A stretch of DNA of 56,034 bases from a virus. Its lineage: Duplodnaviria; Caudoviricetes. The stretch spans positions 1-56,034 of IMG/VR virus record IMGVR_UViG_3300033233_000048. The stretch is one strand, 5' to 3'. Both the position numbers and the translations under genes were made by a program. The notes under the pieces were generated by a model. It had not been told where the DNA came from, searched no databases, and saw only the letters and a list, made by a program, of their open reading frames with translations. Shown here one piece after another: positions 54,834 through 56,034 of this stretch (positions are counted from its first letter, which is position 1; the number at the start of each line of letters is the position of its first letter).

Positions 54834-55312
54834 CCGAAGCCGGGAAGCTGCTGATAGTTGGTGCCGGTCATGGCTCGCACCGACCGGGTTACACCTGCCT
54901 GGAGTGTGAGCGCCAAAAGGAGAGACTGATGACTGATCCCATCGACCTGCTCGACGAAGCCTCGTGGCTCGACGGCGATGCTCCCACCGCCGTCGAAGAG
55001 GACCGGCCCGTGGCGCTTGCTGTTGACTTCAGCCGCACCGTGGGTGACCTTCGCCACCTCATCGCCCTGGCCCAAGACGCGGAGCAGCTGCGGGCGGCCG
55101 TCACTGCCATCGAGGCCGAGGCCGTCGCCAACCGAGACGCCGAGGCGGACGCCATCCTCGACCAGCCCGACATACAGGCGGCGATGAAGGCGTATTTCGC
55201 CAAGAAGGACGCAAAGCTTGTAGCCGAGGCCGTTGCCGCCGAGCGCGCCCGCATCGTGGGCGACCTTCGCCGCCTCCTCGCCCTGCGTATCATCAAAGGA
55301 GAGACACCATGA
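54830..55312 (+). CDS. Hypothetical mosaic protein (alternative start 54929)
   Basis: GC-rich; duplicated module and internal VGDLR.L.AL repeat. Confidence 0.65.
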   Translation: MTEAGKLLIVGAGHGSHRPGYTCLECERQKERLMTDPIDLLDEASWLDGDAPTAVEEDRPVALAVDFSRTVGDLRHLIALAQDAEQLRAAVTAIEAEAVANRDAEADAILDQPDIQAAMKAYFAKKDAKLVAEAVAAERARIVGDLRRLLALRIIKGETP

Positions 55313-55662
55313 CCGATGACCGAGGCGCGGCGGCGCTAGTCAGGCTAATCCACAGGTTCTGGGATGACCTACCCAAAATCCAAGCCGACTACGAGGGCTG
55401 GCCTGCTGCCTTCGATAGCGCGCTCGCCGCTGCCATCCTTGGCGAGCACGGCGTGTTCCTGCCGGATGGCGCCGCGACGCGAGCCTTCACGACATGGTTG
55501 GAGTCCGATGAGCCGAGCGCGCAGGCCGAAGTCGAGCGGCTACGCGCAGCGCTGGAATACATCCGAGATGAGCTCGGTGTACCAGGCCCGGGCTATCCGA
55601 TGCCGATTGCGAACGCTGCAAACCGGGCTCGCGCCGCCCTCGCCCCGGAGCCGAAGCCATGA
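55309..55662 (+). CDS. Hypothetical protein (GC-rich)
   Basis: AAGGAG RBS; ATGA coupling; EVERLRAALE. Confidence 0.7.
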   Translation: MTDDRGAAALVRLIHRFWDDLPKIQADYEGWPAAFDSALAAAILGEHGVFLPDGAATRAFTTWLESDEPSAQAEVERLRAALEYIRDELGVPGPGYPMPIANAANRARAALAPEPKP

Positions 55663-55931
55663 GCGACGCCGAGCTGGAGGCCATTCGGACACGGCTCGCC
55701 AAGCACGATGATTGTTGGGTTTCTGCCGACGACATCCGTGATTGCCTGGGTGAGGCGCAACACGACCGCCGCATCCTCCTCGCCCGCCTCGATGCCACCG
55801 AGGTCCGCGAGCGGGCGCTGCGGGATTTCCTGTGGCGAGTATGGACGAGATGGCCGGTTGATGCATTGCCCGAGAAAATGCTGGTCGAGGCCGAAGCCCT
55901 CCTCGCCGAGCCGACCGGGGGACCACAATGA
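55659..55931 (+). CDS. Hypothetical protein (GC-rich)
   Basis: GGAG RBS; ATGA coupling; ELEAIR.RL..DRRILLARL. Confidence 0.7.
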   Translation: MSDAELEAIRTRLAKHDDCWVSADDIRDCLGEAQHDRRILLARLDATEVRERALRDFLWRVWTRWPVDALPEKMLVEAEALLAEPTGGPQ

Positions 55932-56034
55932 AAGTCATTGTTTGTGGGGATCGAAACTGGATTAATCGAGACTTCATTTATTCCACTTTAGATAAGTATC
56001 CAATCACCGAGCTCATCGAAGGTGGAGCCAATGG
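55908..56034. repeat. Terminal direct repeat, copy 2
   Basis: Identical to 1-127. Confidence 0.95.

Noticed and set aside
54588-55285. DGR template/variable repeat pair
   Set aside because: No reverse transcriptase in the genome, and the differences are mainly synonymous rather than adenine-specific.
55908-56034. 127-bp terminal repeat as a biological DTR
   Set aside because: The length equals a common assembler k-mer and the repeat cuts through a gene. It most likely only shows circular assembly.

Overview
The window is an apparently complete, circularly assembled tailed dsDNA phage genome. The first 127 bp repeat at 55908-56034, giving a unique length of 55,907 bp. It looks siphovirus-like: HK97-fold capsid, tail tube, an 803-aa tape measure protein, no sheath, and no integrase or spanins recognised. 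There are three blocks. (1) A + strand early/accessory arm (49523 through the junction to ~9500) with a primase-helicase, many small ORFs, a SLOG/YspA protein and a stand-alone RuvB. (2) A + strand morphogenesis block (10102-37476) with the lysis genes between terL and portal and a 4-domain glycosyltransferase/methyltransferase inside the virion operon. (3) A - strand replication and nucleotide-metabolism block (37488-49264) with a SNF2 helicase, dNMP kinase, dimeric dUTPase/dCTPase, two thymidylate-synthase-fold paralogues, dCMP deaminase, a UDG-PolA fusion, Endo VII, a PD-(D/E)XK exonuclease, a Sak4-like ATPase, an SSB, tRNA-Leu(UAA) and VRR-NUC. The moderately AT-rich backbone contains several sharply bounded GC-rich islands, suggesting a high-GC monoderm host such as Actinomycetota or Chloroflexota (inference). 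Best candidates for new biology: a paired TS-like cytosine-modifying or alternative-dTMP module, a putative virion glycosylation system with a 24-repeat Ser/Thr substrate, several unexplained multi-stem RNAs, a RuvB lacking part of its RuvA-binding hairpin, and LexA-box-like sites before a GC-rich island. All annotations come from motif recognition by eye; no database searches or folding programs were run.
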